DNA of 64,000 bases from Eukaryota sp. GEM-RC1 (Eukaryota): assembly GCA_040285855.1 (NCBI GenBank), contig JAUFOQ010000002.1, positions 1,860,001-1,924,000 of the forward strand, read 5' to 3'. This document shows positions 1 to 13,605 of the stretch, piece after piece (the first letter of the stretch is position 1; every line of letters starts with the position of its first letter). The notes beneath the pieces were generated by a model. The model saw only the letters and a list, made by a program, of their open reading frames with translations. It had not been told where the DNA came from and did no database searches. A program made the position numbers and the translations under genes.

Positions 1-340
1 AATACGCTTTCTTCCTTGCTTCTGAATCCGTTCTCAAGAACTTGCCCAGACTCGTTGGTCCCCTGGTTTCAACAAGGCCGGTAAATTTCCCGCCCTTGTT
101 AAGAAGGAAGACGATCTCATGCAGAAGGTCAACGAAATGCGTTCAACTATTAAGTTCCAGTTGAAGAAAGCTCTTAACTTGAATGTTGCTGCCGGTAATG
201 TGACTATGAATGCTGACGATCTCTCAAAGAATGTTATTTTGTCTATCAACTTCTTGATCTCTCTTTTGAAAAAGGGTTGGACCAATATCAATACCATTCA
301 TATCAAGTCATCTATGGGTAAACCTATTAGACTCTTCTAA
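1..340 (+). CDS. RPL10A: 60S ribosomal protein uL1 (L10a), 3' part
   Basis: Reads YAFFLASESVLKNLPRLVGP / GFNKAGKFP...STIKFQLKK...NVAAGNV...SINFLISLLKKGWTN...IKSSMGKPIRLF. There is a frameshift in the C-run at 60-63, a likely sequencing error. Confidence 0.95.
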
Positions 341-648
341 TCGATGCTTTTTACGTAGACACCGTACATTTATCTGTACGGAAGCTAATTGTGATGTTTG
401 AAAAACTAAAGTTTCTGCTTTTTACGTGATCTACATAATAACAGTCAATGAACACACATCACAGAAATACAAATAACTTTTCAGAAAATTTAATAACATA
501 CTAGAGGAACCAATAGTATTTTCAGTCAATGTTGGGTTACATACTATGTACTGCATTGTATTGAATAGGAACTATAGGAAGGCCCACTACTACTCAGTAG
601 CACAACTGAGTAATGCAATATCTCAGTCCAATTCCACTAGTTCTCCCA

Positions 649-860
649 CTAGTGGAGTCTGTTCAAAAAGAATCTGAAATTCGTTTTCTATAACAACGTT
701 TTGATGGAGGATCTTTACTGCCACAGCTCTTTATCACACAATGGTATTGAGCTGCCCGATCTACCCTAGACCAACAGGAATCTTCAGCTCTGATCAGTTA
801 ATCTTGTTTACTGTTCGCGTTCCGATTTCGTATATTCATCAATCCTATTCTAACAACTGT
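649..860. repeat. Dispersed repeat of about 210 bp, with an inverted copy at about 30157-30372
   Basis: cactagtggagtctgttcaaaaag...gatctaccctagaccaacagg...ccgatttc matches the reverse complement of 30157-30372. Confidence 0.85.
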
Positions 861-1070
861 CTCTTTGCTTAAGGTTTCACCTCATCACGACATTTGAGCA
901 CTGACCTTATCAGAATTAACTAGTCACGCTCCTTACATTACCTCTGTGCAGATGTACAGTGTAAGACATCATCATTCACTTGGTCATCTTTATCATTCTG
1001 CACATAGATGATGATACTCTATATATTTTCGATAAACCTGTCCAATATTACTTCTGCACATTTTCTGTTA

Positions 1071-1915
1071 CAGTCTACCCTGGATGTAGTGCGCTCATTT
1101 TGGTACGCACTATATCCAAAAGCGCACTATATAGAGTAAAATGCTTGTGCACGATGATCATTGCATCTATGGTCTTTATTGTTTATAAACTAGGTTCTCA
1201 GTACGTTTGTCTAGAAGATGAGCAAGGTCACGGTTCCGGAACAGCTGAAGACCGGGAGTAGTGTTCGTGTAATTTTATGAGGGTGGTTTGCCGTGAAAGT
1301 GTGTACATCCGGATTCCTAATCAATTGACTTAGCAACACTTAGTTCTCTGCCGATTCAACATGATGAAGATAAGAGTGAAGTTGTGAAAAGGTCAGACGG
1401 TTCCCAAAACCTCACAAGCGTAGTTTTCAAGTAACTTACGACAGGAAGTGGTGCGTACAAAGTACTGAAGCACCTCAAACCCATTAGAAGCCCACCATTC
1501 TCTGAGGAAGTAATGATTCTCAGAATTCTTCTCAATATCAGCAAAATGGACACCCAATGCATTGTTAATGACATCTGTTCCTTCTATATCAATAGAGAGA
1601 GGAGATGTCAAAGAGAAAACTGAGATGCTCTCATTGAAGAATAGAAGTTGTCTCATATAAAGAGTAACGTCCACAAAGATCACGGAAGCAACTATTGATG
1701 TAGTCTCATATTGAGAAAGGATAACGCGATGAAGTTTATTGATGGAAGAAGACTATAACAAAAGTGATGGAATGCACCAAAAGAGAACATGGCACGACAG
1801 AAGGAGATATGATATACCAACAGAGTTGGAGGAGACAATATGTCTGGCAGTGAAAAGTGCGCACTATATCCAGGGCGCACTATATAAAGTAGCGCACTAT
1901 ATCCAGGGTAGACTG
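1071..1915. mobile_element. Non-autonomous Tc1/mariner (pogo-like) element or MITE
   Basis: 25-bp TIRs CAGTCTACCCTGGAT(G/A)TAGTGCGCT at 1071-1095 and 1891-1915. Flanked by TA at 1069-70 and 1916-17. Subterminal GCGCACTATAT repeats. Confidence 0.85.
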
Positions 1916-2019
1916 TATGCTGAAGAATAAAACTGTAATAGACAGCACATAGATAGCTTTATTTACCATAATAATCTAATAACAGACTAACACAAGCAGC
2001 GTTACAAACATCCATTGAT

Positions 2020-3760
2020 TTAAGCCACCGAGTATGAAGATCCCCTCTTATTTAATCTGAAAAGCATCTTCTGAAAGGTGATTCAAAACTGGTTCATCTT
2101 TAGAGTGAAAACCATGTGCTTTAAACATGGAATAACAAAATCACATTCACCATCAGATATAAGAGTTTATTTGCAACAATATTAATATATGATGGAGATG
2201 AATAAAATAACGACAATTAATTAAATGACGAAAAACACCATGTGGTCAAGTTGAAAAAATATAATCAATTTGCAGGCCAAATAGCCAATCGAAGAATCAT
2301 CCAACCTTCATCACATAAATGCCATCCAAACACCTTTGGAATTTGAGAAAATTTAATCCAGAGGGTCCGCTATTGCAAAGGTAAGGTCAATTACAAAAGG
2401 AGAAAACTCGGGACTATTAGTTTTAGCCAGGCTAATACGAGTGTTAAAGTCCCAGAGCTCAAACTCCTGAGTCAATTAATTTTGCAGTCTGTATACAAGA
2501 TGGTAGAGATGAAATACTTTTCAGTCAGTCTCCTTTAAGTGAGTATGGAACATAGATTCCCACGTTTCAGGAGATAAAGATGATGGAAGAAGATTGAATC
2601 CACCAACAATTACTAGAATTCAACAGAGTAATTCCATCTACTGGAAAATGTTTCAAAATTTGAAATAAAAATTCTTGAACCCACCTAAAAGAGATGATTT
2701 TTTGATTTGCATGAGTAAAACCTACCCCAGCGAATTCAAATGAATATAACGCATGATATTGAATCTGATTTCATCGGTTTCAGCCCAGTTGGAAAGAAAC
2801 TTTGTTCTAATAGAATTTAATTTCTCGGCAAACGTTTCAGTAAGGGAATAGTCTAGTGAACGTAAACAATGTTTATTTTTCGAATAAAAAAATACCTGGA
2901 GCATTGCAAAAGAAACATGTATATTCACATCAAAAGACAATATCTGGTTCAATTTTTATTTAATGGTAGTCAATGAACCATCTAATTCTGAATGAATTTT
3001 CTCATAATTTTTCAAAAAGTGCCACTAACGCATTGAGTAGAATATCGATGATAGGAACATTACAAAAACCCAAATTGGAAATGTTGAAGACTTAACAACA
3101 TTAAAACACTGATCAAAATTAATTGTTGAACCACTACTTATAGAAAGTTCAATGGAATGTGAAAATCAATTTTTAATAACGTCAACTGGAGCGATCAAGG
3201 AAGAATCATAACCACAAATTTTAACAGTATGGAAAGTCCGAATGTAAAATTTTAAAGAATTCTTACAGAGCAAGACAAAACAAAAGGGACCTACTAGTAG
3301 AGTATCACCCTGCTTAACCCTTCTAGCTGTTTTAATATCAAACTTTTTAAAAATTTATCTGGAAGTATTACCATAAAAATGGCGAAAACAAGAATTAGTT
3401 GTGGAAAAAATTCAAAAAATTCTTCTAACATGTTACCAAAGACCAAAGACTGTAGTTATAAAGGCCATTTGAACAAGTTTTATAGTAAATAATATCTACT
3501 AAATATCCTACTTGTGTAAACAAACTTATATGTAATCAAAATCTTGAAGAAAAATATGAACAGTAAAGAATCAGATTTCACAGTTCGTCTGAGCTCGGTT
3601 AAGGAAAACAAATCCCGCTTTCGCTAATTATTTCAAATTGATTTAAAAGAAAGTTCTGTTGTGGCAATAGGTAATTAAATTCCACCAGTTCTTATCCTTT
3701 AGACGTTTCTTGGCTCTAAATAATCCGTTCCGTATGGTCTATTCCACCTAGAAAATCCTT
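2020..3760 (-). pseudogene. Decayed non-LTR retrotransposon (RT plus RLE endonuclease, CRE/R2-like)
   Basis: Fragmentary minus-strand translation gives RVKQGD..GP.LFCLAL (about 3270-3325), PKVFGWHLCDEGWMILRLAIW and KAHGFHSKDEPVL...RGD. Many stops and shifts. Confidence 0.6.
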
Positions 3761-4007
3761 ATGAAACTTTTCAAGTATATATAACAGAGAATCATCACTT
3801 CTTCCAGAATATCATTTGTTGGGACTGGATCGATCAATTCAAGGGTGACCTGACAACCTTTATTAACCTCAGCGACCTGGAATGTGTGACAATAGTAACC
3901 AGTTGTTTAACCGAAGGCTTTACAGAATAGGTTATACCAATTGACTAATATCATTTATTTAACGAAAAACATCACATATCCAATATACAATAAAATAAAT
4001 TTGTGAA

Positions 4008-5631
4008 TTAATCACTGTAAAACAAGGAAACAAACTCTTGTACATGATTAGATGGTTCAGATGCGACGACTAAATCGTCAGGAGTCACAGCAAAATCAGA
4101 ATCCACAATAAGACTCTTTTCAAGCTCTTCAGCAGTCAATATTTCGACATACAAAGGTTCGAAAGCCAAAGAATGCTTCACATCATCCAGATGAAAAAAT
4201 TTTAAAGTAGAATGTACTGCTAAATAATGACCGAAATCTAGAGCGGCAAAACCACTGTGTTTCTTAAGATTAGATACCATTGGGAAAACAGATTCGAAAT
4301 GAGAACCCCTTTCAACTATTAATTCAGGAACAGAGAAAGTGGACCGATTTTTGAATCCTAGCCAACTAAAATACAAAAATTTAAATCCACTCAATATATT
4401 TGGATCAGAAAGGACCTTATTCAAGGGAACGAAAGGTCGCAATTGCTTCAAAAGGCCAATCAAATGTGGTAACTTATCAATAGTGCTTTGTAACCGCGAT
4501 ATTCTTTGTATATTGAATAGAAAGAGTTTGCAAAGGTCAATATTAGGAGGGGAAACTGTTAATTTCCGATTGAAAATTCTTAACACATGTCGAATTCTCA
4601 ATTCATCAGCGTCGATTTGAACACGGAAGAATTTGCAAGAAATTTGGATAAATTGTGTATCTTCTGTTTCTGATTTAAGTTGTAAGTTTAAAATTAATTC
4701 AGGATAATACTGAGAAGTACTGCTGACGTCATCAATTTTAAGTTGAGATGAAGCCATATAACTGAAGTGAGACGTTTGAGTGTTTGAAAATAAAGAATTT
4801 AAAGCTAGAAAAGAAAGAACTCTCGGATCTCGTGTACAGGAATTTTGTTCAGCAGAGTGATCTCCAAAAACCAAATAAGTGAATTTTAAAACTTTTAGGA
4901 GTTCGTCAATAAGTGAGTCAGCTTCTTTGTGAGGAAACACACATAAACCAGAATTCTTTGATTTAGAATTTAATTCTTCTGTAATTTCGGTTAAGGTTGA
5001 CTCTATCGAAACACAATCTTCAATCAAAGTCAGGTCATTAAACGAGGAAGCAGTCATCACTTTTGATTGATTATCGATTGTAATGCCCAATTTGTACACA
5101 TTTACACCTTCACTTCTGAGCTGAACAAAATTGAGAGTGACAAATTTTAAAAATTCTGATGCCAGAGAAGAAAACGACTTAATGAAACTCAAAATATCAT
5201 CAATCACTATCTCCACATTTTGAAAGATCATATACAGCTGGAAATCAGGTTTCTCAACAACAGTTTCTTCAAATAAATAATCAGAGAATTCTCTGTCAAT
5301 CCAAGAAAGTCTAGGCAGTGAGGTATTAGTTGAACAGCGACAGAAATGGCAAGTGAAGGAGGAAGCAGAGTAGTCATCGAAGTCTGAGAAGTAGGAGCCA
5401 CACTTAGAACAAGAAGGAGGGGGGAGGTGAAAGGTTTGGAGATGTTGGATGTAGTATTTCAGTGGGATATGATACTTTGCAAGGGATAGCTAAATTAGAG
5501 GAGAAACTAGGAAGGGAATAGCATGGAAGAATTAGAGATGGTTTAACAGCACGTTGTTCTTTAGTATCAGGAACGACAGGTTCTTCATCAGAAAGAAGTT
5601 CATCTTGGGGGAAGTCTTCGTCTGAATTCAT
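4008..5631 (-). CDS. Protein with an N-terminal Sec23/Sec24-type zinc finger (divergent), frameshifted
   Basis: ORFs 5404-5631 and 4008-5231 are bridged by CSKCGSYFSDFDDYSASSFTCHFCRC (about 5335-5410). Confidence 0.5.
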
Positions 5632-5817
5632 TGTTGAAAAATTAGTACAATCTGGTAATTAAACCACAGTACTATGTAATGTAGTGTATGATTGACTGTT
5701 TGTGATCAACAAAAGCACTTTATTGAATCAACAACAGTCAGGATCATTTATTTAACAAAAAAGTGAGTTCATTCTACAAATTCTATACAAGTATGGCTAA
5801 AGTCTAATCGAACTCTA

Positions 5818-6480
5818 CTAACAAGAACAACCAGACTGACCATTGTTGTCATCCAATGAAGCTAGTGAGGTATCCTCTGCTGCTTCTTCGGTCCCATTAG
5901 CTATAAAATCGTCCAAAATTGTAGAAAAGAGTTCAGGTATCTGTGAGCCAGTTTTGGCGGAAGTTTCAAAGCATTTTGCATTGACCTGCTCTGTCACTTG
6001 AGAAACTGCTGATTTGGGCACCGCCCTAGTATGCCCTTCATCTAATAAGTCAACCTTTGTGGCACAAATGTAGACAGCGCAAGAAGGTTCATTAGACTGT
6101 AGTTGATTGATCCAAAACATTGTTCGGTCAAAAGTAGCTTTGTCTGTGACATCATAACAAACTATAGCAGCACGAGCTCCACGATAATAGATTCGGCTCA
6201 TGGCTTCGAAACGTTCAGATCCTGCTGTGTCCCAGATCTAAAAGTAAGAATATGGGAGAAAAGAACAAACACCAATTCTCAAGGTACGGTCACCTGCAGT
6301 GACAGCTTTGGCAGCGAAAGCAGCACCAATAGTCTAAGATAAGAGACGATTGAGACAAACAAGTTCGTAGTCGCTATCGAACTTTTCGTTGACGAAACGT
6401 CCGACTAGACAGGTTTTTCCAACAGCAGCACTGCCAAGAAGTACTATTTTAAGATCGACCTTTTGTGGTTGTGAAGACAT
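5818..6480 (-). CDS. RAB24: Rab GTPase, Rab24-like; introns 6334-6360 (27 nt) and 6238-6270 (33 nt)
   Basis: VDLKIVLLGSAAVGKT, TIGAAFAAK, IWDTAGSERFEAMSRIYYRGARAAIVCYD, ETSAK and a C-terminal CSC. Removing the GT-AG introns restores the frame. Confidence 0.9.
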
Positions 6481-7134
6481 TAAGAGAGAGGTGAAGTGAA
6501 GTGAAAATGGTTCTACTTAGTAGTTGAGTTCACTTCATTTTGAAGAACTCATTTAGAATCAATTTTAGCTCAGTACTTTTGGGTTTGCTACCATTAGTAG
6601 TGAGAGGCGTTCTGTACTACTCACAAAACCCTGAATAGTGACATATCCTCTCAGATTTTGACACTAATATTACTGTTTACTATTCGAGTAATTTGTACGT
6701 GAACATCAATTTAAGGCACATTTGTCATTTACAACCGAAATTATTTAATCAATCATTATTTATTTTCTGTTAATCTTTTGAAAATTTTAGGAAAATGATC
6801 ACTATTACAAGTATACACTCTATAAAATCGGATAAAATTGAGGTCATTCTGTATCACTAAATTGAAACCTAAAGATCTTCCACTTATTGAGCCTAGACGA
6901 AGCTGTCCCACACAATTGATCGAGGGACTAGTCAGAGAAAGGTTGTATGGTAAAGTTACATCTATATAATATGGGGAAATTTTGTAGAAACACTGTTTAG
7001 TCTGACAAACTACTGAAAATGTAAAAAAGGAATCAATTATATTGATAAAACTACATATGAAACAACGATCGTAAAGATCACAGAATTGGTTGAGTAAACC
7101 AAATAAAAATAGACTACTACTTGGATAACAATAA

Positions 7135-8383
7135 CTATGTCTTAGGAAAATTCAACAATTTGTGACAAACAAAGCATAAATGAAACCTGCTGTGGGCGCA
7201 ATGATTCAAACCAAGGTCATTAATGGTAATATTCTGCTTATTGTTCTTCTTTGTACCAATTGGACACGACAGTCGACAAGATTGAAAAGAGATTGACTTC
7301 AAATGAGTCATGGACGATTTCAAAGAAGCAATTTCCTGGAGATTAATTTGGGAATTTTCAAATGTTAGATGTAGAAGAAATTTAGGAAGACACGGAATTA
7401 AGGTAGTAATCCCAGTCACATTGTTTAAAGATAAAGACGATATGGACTCAGCAAAATAGGATAAACCGAAAGTTGATGGAATCGTGTTGGTGATCTGAGA
7501 ATATGATGTTGACAAGTCTGTACATGAAACGTCCTTGAAGTTGAGCATTAAATGATTCCTACGTAGAGTATTTTCTGGATTAATGCAAACGGAACCATGT
7601 ACACCAGTTTGACTGGAAATAAAGGAGGTTGTTAGAGAGTAAGTGCACGGAAACCGCAGAGATTCATCATCAATATCAACAACACACTGATTCAGATACA
7701 GAGAGTGAGAGAGGTAGACTCGAGGTATAAGAGAAGAAATGGTTTTCATGCAACAATCACAATGCATACGTGCAAGTTCCATGTCCAACTGTAAGATGGT
7801 CAATTGCTGCAAGGATGCTACTTCCTCAAGGAAATTGCATACTTTTTCATGAAGCTCTTTTGGATAGTCAAAAGCCAAATGCAAGTGTGTCAATTGCATA
7901 CGTTTTTCTTGTTTAAGGAAGATATCCAGGAAACCTACGGCAGAACCAACGAGTTTGACTTTCTGGGCATGGAAAGCAGAACAAGATTGCAACAATGGCA
8001 CTGACTTTAAGTCCAGTGTTATTGAGACAATGTTAGACAAATTAAAATCTTGGACTAGACGAAAATCCAGTCCAGAAGAAAGAACTCTGATTTGTTGAGA
8101 CATTGATGGCGAAAGTAGCGACAACAAGTTTAGAACATCAGAATCTAGAGCGTTAGTTGCAATAGGGAAAAAGCACAAAAAGCTTGTTCTGCAAGGTTGT
8201 ACAGGGCTTAATCTCCACCAAATCCACTTTTGATACTTGGTGAAGTGAGTTCATGGTGTGTTGGTGGATACCCCCCCATGTTATTGATACTAGACATGTT
8301 TTGAGAACAGTCGTGTATGTCATGAAGCGCAAACATTGGTTCAAACACAGTGTGTAGCGATCAATGATCTGGAATGATGACAT
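7135..8383 (-). pseudogene. Frameshifted copy of the LRR-like gene at 9186-10448
   Basis: Near-identical inverted copy, with a 23-bp deletion between TGCAAC microhomologies at about 8160. Confidence 0.8.
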
Positions 8384-9185
8384 GGTAGAAAGAAAATGTG
8401 AAATATTTTGAAATTTTCCAGTGTACTATCGAAATCCATTTTGCTGTCAGTCTCACATTGACGATTTCTTCAGACGTTTGTCCATTCATATTATTCTGCT
8501 GTAACATATACTATGGATGACAACAACGCGCAGAAGATCCATACATTTACGTACCAAGTGCATGTGTTAGGCATTACTAGGGAGTGGCAACCATTTACTG
8601 CAATACTCTTGCTACGTAATTTTGGACCGGAATAAACAATTGGTAGTGGTACAGTATATTTATGTATTTATATTAATGCCTTATATTGGACCAACAAAAT
8701 GAACAAAATCATTGATGCTCTAGGCTCTATAAGATGAGATTGAACTCACGATAATGAGACTAAAATGAAGGTGACACTATGGATAAATTAAAAGTGCATT
8801 AACAACATCCATCAAAGTGCCATAAGTGTCGATAAACTTCTAGTAAACTATAAACACTATAAAGGACAAACTAAAATTAAAAATCTCACTCAAAAGGGGC
8901 CAAATGCAACGTGAGTGCAACGCTCATTCCAAGTGTCTGAAATGGAATCACGGTTAAAATTGTGCCAATGCCTACGATATCTACGATATTACTAGTAAGT
9001 CACACTGTTCCCTGGATCAATTTTGAACAAAGACATCTTCAATCACGGAAAAATGTGAACACCAAATGGATGACAAACGATTCGTTAAAATCAGACGTCT
9101 TTCATAGAACATATTTGCAGCTCGCACAAAATGAAGTATTGTCAAAATTTCAAAATTTCAAAATATTTCACATTTTCTTTCTTCC

Positions 9186-10448
9186 ATGTCATCATTCCAG
9201 ATCATTGATCGCTACACACTGTGTTTGAACCAATGTTTCCGCTTCATGACATACACGACTGTTCTCAAAACATGTCTAGTATCCATAAAGGTCCACCAAC
9301 ACACCATGAACTCACTTCACCAAGTATCAAAAGTGGATTTGGTGGAGATTAAGCCCTGTACAACCTTGCAGAACAAGCTTCCCGTGCTTTTTCCCTATTG
9401 CAACCGCCTCCAAACGATTGATGCAACTAACGCTCTAGATTCTGATGTTCTAAACTTGTTGTTGCTACTTTCGCCATCAATGTCTCAACAAATCAGAGTT
9501 CTTTCTTCTGGACTGGATTTTCGTCTAGTCCAAGATTTTAATTTGTCTAACATTGTCTCAATAACATTGGACTTAAAGTCAGTGCCATTGTTGCAATCTT
9601 GTTCTGCTTTCCATGCCCAGAAAGTCAAACTCGTTGGTTCTGCCGTAGGTTTCCTGGATATCTTCCTTGAACAAGCAAAACGTATGCGATTGACACACTT
9701 GCATTTGACTTTTGACTATCCAAAAGAGCTTCATGAAAAAGTATGCAATTTCCTTGAGGAAGTGGCATCCTTGCAGCAATTGACCATCTTACAGTTGGAC
9801 ATGGAACTTGCACGTATGCATTGTGATTGTTGCATGAAAACCATTTCTTCTCTTATACCTCGAGTCTACCTCTCTCACTCTCTGTATCTGAATCAGTGTG
9901 TTGTTGATATTGATGATGAATCTCTGCGGTTTCCGTGCACTTACTCTCTAACAACCTCCTTTATTTCCAGTCAAACTGGTGTACATGGTTCCGTTTGCAT
10001 TAATCCAGAAAATACTCTACGTAGGAATCATTTAATGCTCAACTTCAAGGACGTTTCATGTACAGACTTGTCAACATCTTATTCTCAGATCACCAACACG
10101 ATTCCATCAACTTTCGGTTTATCCTATTTTGCTGAGTCCATATCGTCTTTATCTTTAAACAATGTGACTGGGATTACTACCTTAATTCCGTGTCTTCCTA
10201 AATTTCTTCTACATCTAACATTTGAAAATTCCCAAATTAATCTCCAGGAAATTGCTTCTTTGAAATCGTCCATGACTCATTTGAAGTCAATCTCTTTTCA
10301 ATCTTGTCGACTGTCGTGTCCAATTGGTACAAAGAAGAACAATAAGCAGAATATTACCATTAATGACCTTGGCCTGAATCATTGCACCCACAGCAGGTTT
10401 CATTTATGCTTTGTTTGTCGCAAGTTGTTGAATTTTCCTAAGAAATAG
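9186..10448 (+). CDS. Hypothetical 420-aa protein, weakly LRR/RNI-like
   Basis: Intact ORF with LxxLxL-type segments (LTHLHL, LTILQL, LSLNNVTGI, LKSISFQSC). Confidence 0.7.
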   Translation: MSSFQIIDRYTLCLNQCFRFMTYTTVLKTCLVSIKVHQHTMNSLHQVSKVDLVEIKPCTTLQNKLPVLFPYCNRLQTIDATNALDSDVLNLLLLLSPSMSQQIRVLSSGLDFRLVQDFNLSNIVSITLDLKSVPLLQSCSAFHAQKVKLVGSAVGFLDIFLEQAKRMRLTHLHLTFDYPKELHEKVCNFLEEVASLQQLTILQLDMELARMHCDCCMKTISSLIPRVYLSHSLYLNQCVVDIDDESLRFPCTYSLTTSFISSQTGVHGSVCINPENTLRRNHLMLNFKDVSCTDLSTSYSQITNTIPSTFGLSYFAESISSLSLNNVTGITTLIPCLPKFLLHLTFENSQINLQEIASLKSSMTHLKSISFQSCRLSCPIGTKKNNKQNITINDLGLNHCTHSRFHLCFVCRKLLNFPKK

Positions 10449-11202
10449 TTATTGTTATCCAAGTAGTCGTCTATTTTTGTTCATTTGGTTTTCTCAACCA
10501 ATTCTGTGATCTTTACGATCGTTGTTTCATATGTAGTTTTATAAATATATTTTTTTTTGGAAAATTTCTTTTTTACAGTAAGTTGTCATCCACGAACACT
10601 AAGTTTCAAACCAAGTAAACTATAGTAAGTTTTCGAAATGACCAACTGTAGATGGAACTTTACCACAAAATCCTTCTTGAGTACAGGGGTTCACCTCCTT
10701 ATTTGGGGAGAATTTCTCACATTCATAGATCAAAAGAACAGTAAAGAACAACACACATGTACTGAAAAGGTCAAACCATTGGAAAACAGAAATATCACAA
10801 AACTTCCATCACTCTAATTGACAACAAAGAATCAATTAATGACGAAAAAAACCACTCTAAGGAAATTTAAAGAAAAATAGTGTAAACAATATTTTATAAC
10901 CATACCTGAAACATTGACAAACTAGTTAAATACCCTATTTTAAGAACTGAAGAAAATAACGTGGGCAATTTGCTTACAATGTAAAAGTAGTGATTTTAAT
11001 ACACAAAAGACGAGTTAGACTCAGCCATTTAACAGGACAAATGGTCTCAAATACACTCAAAAAATTCTTTAATCGAAGAAGATCAAGTAAATGACTCGTC
11101 AAGAGATTCAGTTTGCAATAAAAGAAAACACAGCTCGAGAAACTGTAGCAAACGACTGTTCATATCCCGAAAGATCATTCAATTTTGAACTTGATAGAAA
11201 AT

Positions 11203-13605
11203 TTAAAAAGAACTCGAATGTTTTAAAACATAGTGAAAATTGTAATACTTACCACCAAAACTATCAGCCAAATCCTTACTGTTCATCATCATTTCAAAGT
11301 AACAACACAGATCTGCGTATAGTGAAGATACTTGGTGATCTGGTGAATTGTTTGGATTAACTAGCAAAACCAATCCCAAGAAAATTAAATATATTTTACA
11401 AGTTTTAATTACTTTTAGAGAAGGATTCTCGTGATTAGAGCTCAAGAAATTGGAAAGACTTAAAGCAACAAAAGAGGAGAAATCAATACCATTTGATTGA
11501 ATTTCAGCCAAATGGGCACCGTAAAGATACCATGATAAAAGGACAAAAACTTGCTCCTCTTTAAAATGGCGTTTTAAATATGTAGCAATATTAAAACTTT
11601 CATAAAAATCAGGTATACTAGCCAAAAAACGAGCAAATGATTGAGCTGCTATGCTGGCAAGTTCAAAATCAATAGAGTTTTGATTGAAGAGGGAAAAGAA
11701 GGTAGAGATTAACATTTCCTTGCCATTAGCAATCAATGAAATATTTTTAATAAATTCAGGGGTTTCAATCATGGATAAATACGAACAGACTATTTGAAAA
11801 TTTCGGGTGGTAGAATTTTTAATAATTAAGCAAGAAACTGCTTCAAAGAGAGGATCAACGATTTCTTCTACCAATTTAGACTTCTGACCAGGAAACTGAC
11901 CTACACGATTATTGATTGAACTCAAGACGCGATTGATGACATCAGCAGGTACTAATCCAAATCTGATAGAAGTCTTCACAATTCTTCGAAGTGATTTGTA
12001 AGAAGAAATTGCAATACCAGAATCAAAAATGTAGCTGATTACTTGCAGAGAGGAATATAGAGCAAATGGGCAATTAGTGAAAGCAATTCTGGCGAATACT
12101 TGAATTATTTGATTGACGTCGTCAGAAGTCAAAGTGATGAAGGACGAGAAGTGGGAGAGACAACAAAGAATATTTGAAATATTGGCAGTAGAAAAATCGG
12201 TAGAGTACAAATCAGATTGTTTTTTCTTACTTTTCGGAACTATTGTCGTAGAAACGAAATTGGAGATATTTTGAAATATTTCAAGTTTTAAATATTCCTG
12301 TAAAGGCTGACCATTCAGTGTAAGTTCTTGTTCTTTAAAGAAATTAACTAAAGAAGTTGGAACCAAGCCATGATTGGACGATATTTTAACGACCTGTAGG
12401 AAATTCTGACAAAAGAAAGGGAAAAACTGGAGGGAAAAATTAGATTCAGAAAGCAGAGTGTCAAATATCAAAGAGAAGTCTAAATTAAAATTATCTGAGA
12501 TCAAGAGAAAATTTAAAAATATCTGAAGTGATTTCGGATCAGAGCCAGCGGAATCAATCTCAATCAGTTTTAAACAAAGTTGATAACCCAACTCCAAACA
12601 AATATTGAATTTCGAATGTTCTTCAGAAATGAGTTCTTCTAGGGCTCGGCTGGAAAATTTAAAAATGAAATCTTGAAAACACAACACCATTTCAAATATT
12701 TGAGATGAATTAAATTGGATAGAATTGATAAATGGGGAAAACTTCTCCACAAACGTCATGTCCAACGACTCAGTAAGTTTCAAATGGAAATTTTCAAAAA
12801 ATACATTAATTAAGAATACATTGGAAATTTCAATTTGAAATTTTCGAGACAACACTTGAAAATGGTACAAAAATGTTGATAAAACTTCTGGAAAAAGTTT
12901 GAAATACGATTTCGGAAACAACTCAAGGGACTGACAAAGATCAAAAAAATTAGATGCAGTTGAAAAATTGAAAAATTCCTGCACTACAGATATAACGAAT
13001 AAGTTGGGCAAAATTAAAGAAATCAATTTCTCGTCGAATTTTAAAACACACGCACTAAAAAGATCAACGATTTCAGTCAAGACCACATCAGCTTTTGCAA
13101 TAGACAGATTCAAAGAAAATAAATGAACGAATCCCCGTATTAAAACAATTAAACATTTTAAAAAGCTCTGCTGACCATCGGTAAGTTCATCGTAAACCCA
13201 AGGTTCTTCTATATTCTTTAACTTTGAGGAGAGAAAGGTTGAAGCTATAGTAATAGAGTAAATGATATCTTCAAAAGGACAAACAGTTAGGAAGGAAGTA
13301 GCTTTCAGTAGGAGAGAGTTGTCTTGGGAGAACAGAGAAGTAGATAAGACGTCGAGGAGAGCATATGTTATGATGTTGTCGGTATATATTGGGGATGGAT
13401 TATGAATAGAAGATTCCAAAACGTTGAGTTTGAACTGAATATCAGTAGAGTTTGACATCAGAGAATCAAGAATATCGTCGGTGTGAGAAGGGAAGCGGTT
13501 AAAGAGGGACTGTGTTGATTGGAAAAACGATGAGTTCTCTGTTGAACTCAAGGCTAGAAGATATGGTTCAACAAGAAGAAGGACTTGATCATCCATAAGA
13601 AACAA
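11203..13605 (-). CDS. Hypothetical protein of about 800 aa (Leu/Phe/Ser-rich, possibly helical repeat)
   Basis: Long ORF with no recognisable motif. Confidence 0.7.
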   Translation of the reverse strand: MFLMDDQVLLLVEPYLLALSSTENSSFFQSTQSLFNRFPSHTDDILDSLMSNSTDIQFKLNVLESSIHNPSPIYTDNIITYALLDVLSTSLFSQDNSLLLKATSFLTVCPFEDIIYSITIASTFLSSKLKNIEEPWVYDELTDGQQSFLKCLIVLIRGFVHLFSLNLSIAKADVVLTEIVDLFSACVLKFDEKLISLILPNLFVISVVQEFFNFSTASNFFDLCQSLELFPKSYFKLFPEVLSTFLYHFQVLSRKFQIEISNVFLINVFFENFHLKLTESLDMTFVEKFSPFINSIQFNSSQIFEMVLCFQDFIFKFSSRALEELISEEHSKFNICLELGYQLCLKLIEIDSAGSDPKSLQIFLNFLLISDNFNLDFSLIFDTLLSESNFSLQFFPFFCQNFLQVVKISSNHGLVPTSLVNFFKEQELTLNGQPLQEYLKLEIFQNISNFVSTTIVPKSKKKQSDLYSTDFSTANISNILCCLSHFSSFITLTSDDVNQIIQVFARIAFTNCPFALYSSLQVISYIFDSGIAISSYKSLRRIVKTSIRFGLVPADVINRVLSSINNRVGQFPGQKSKLVEEIVDPLFEAVSCLIIKNSTTRNFQIVCSYLSMIETPEFIKNISLIANGKEMLISTFFSLFNQNSIDFELASIAAQSFARFLASIPDFYESFNIATYLKRHFKEEQVFVLLSWYLYGAHLAEIQSNGIDFSSFVALSLSNFLSSNHENPSLKVIKTCKIYLIFLGLVLLVNPNNSPDHQVSSLYADLCCYFEMMMNSKDLADSFGGKYYNFHYVLKHSSSF

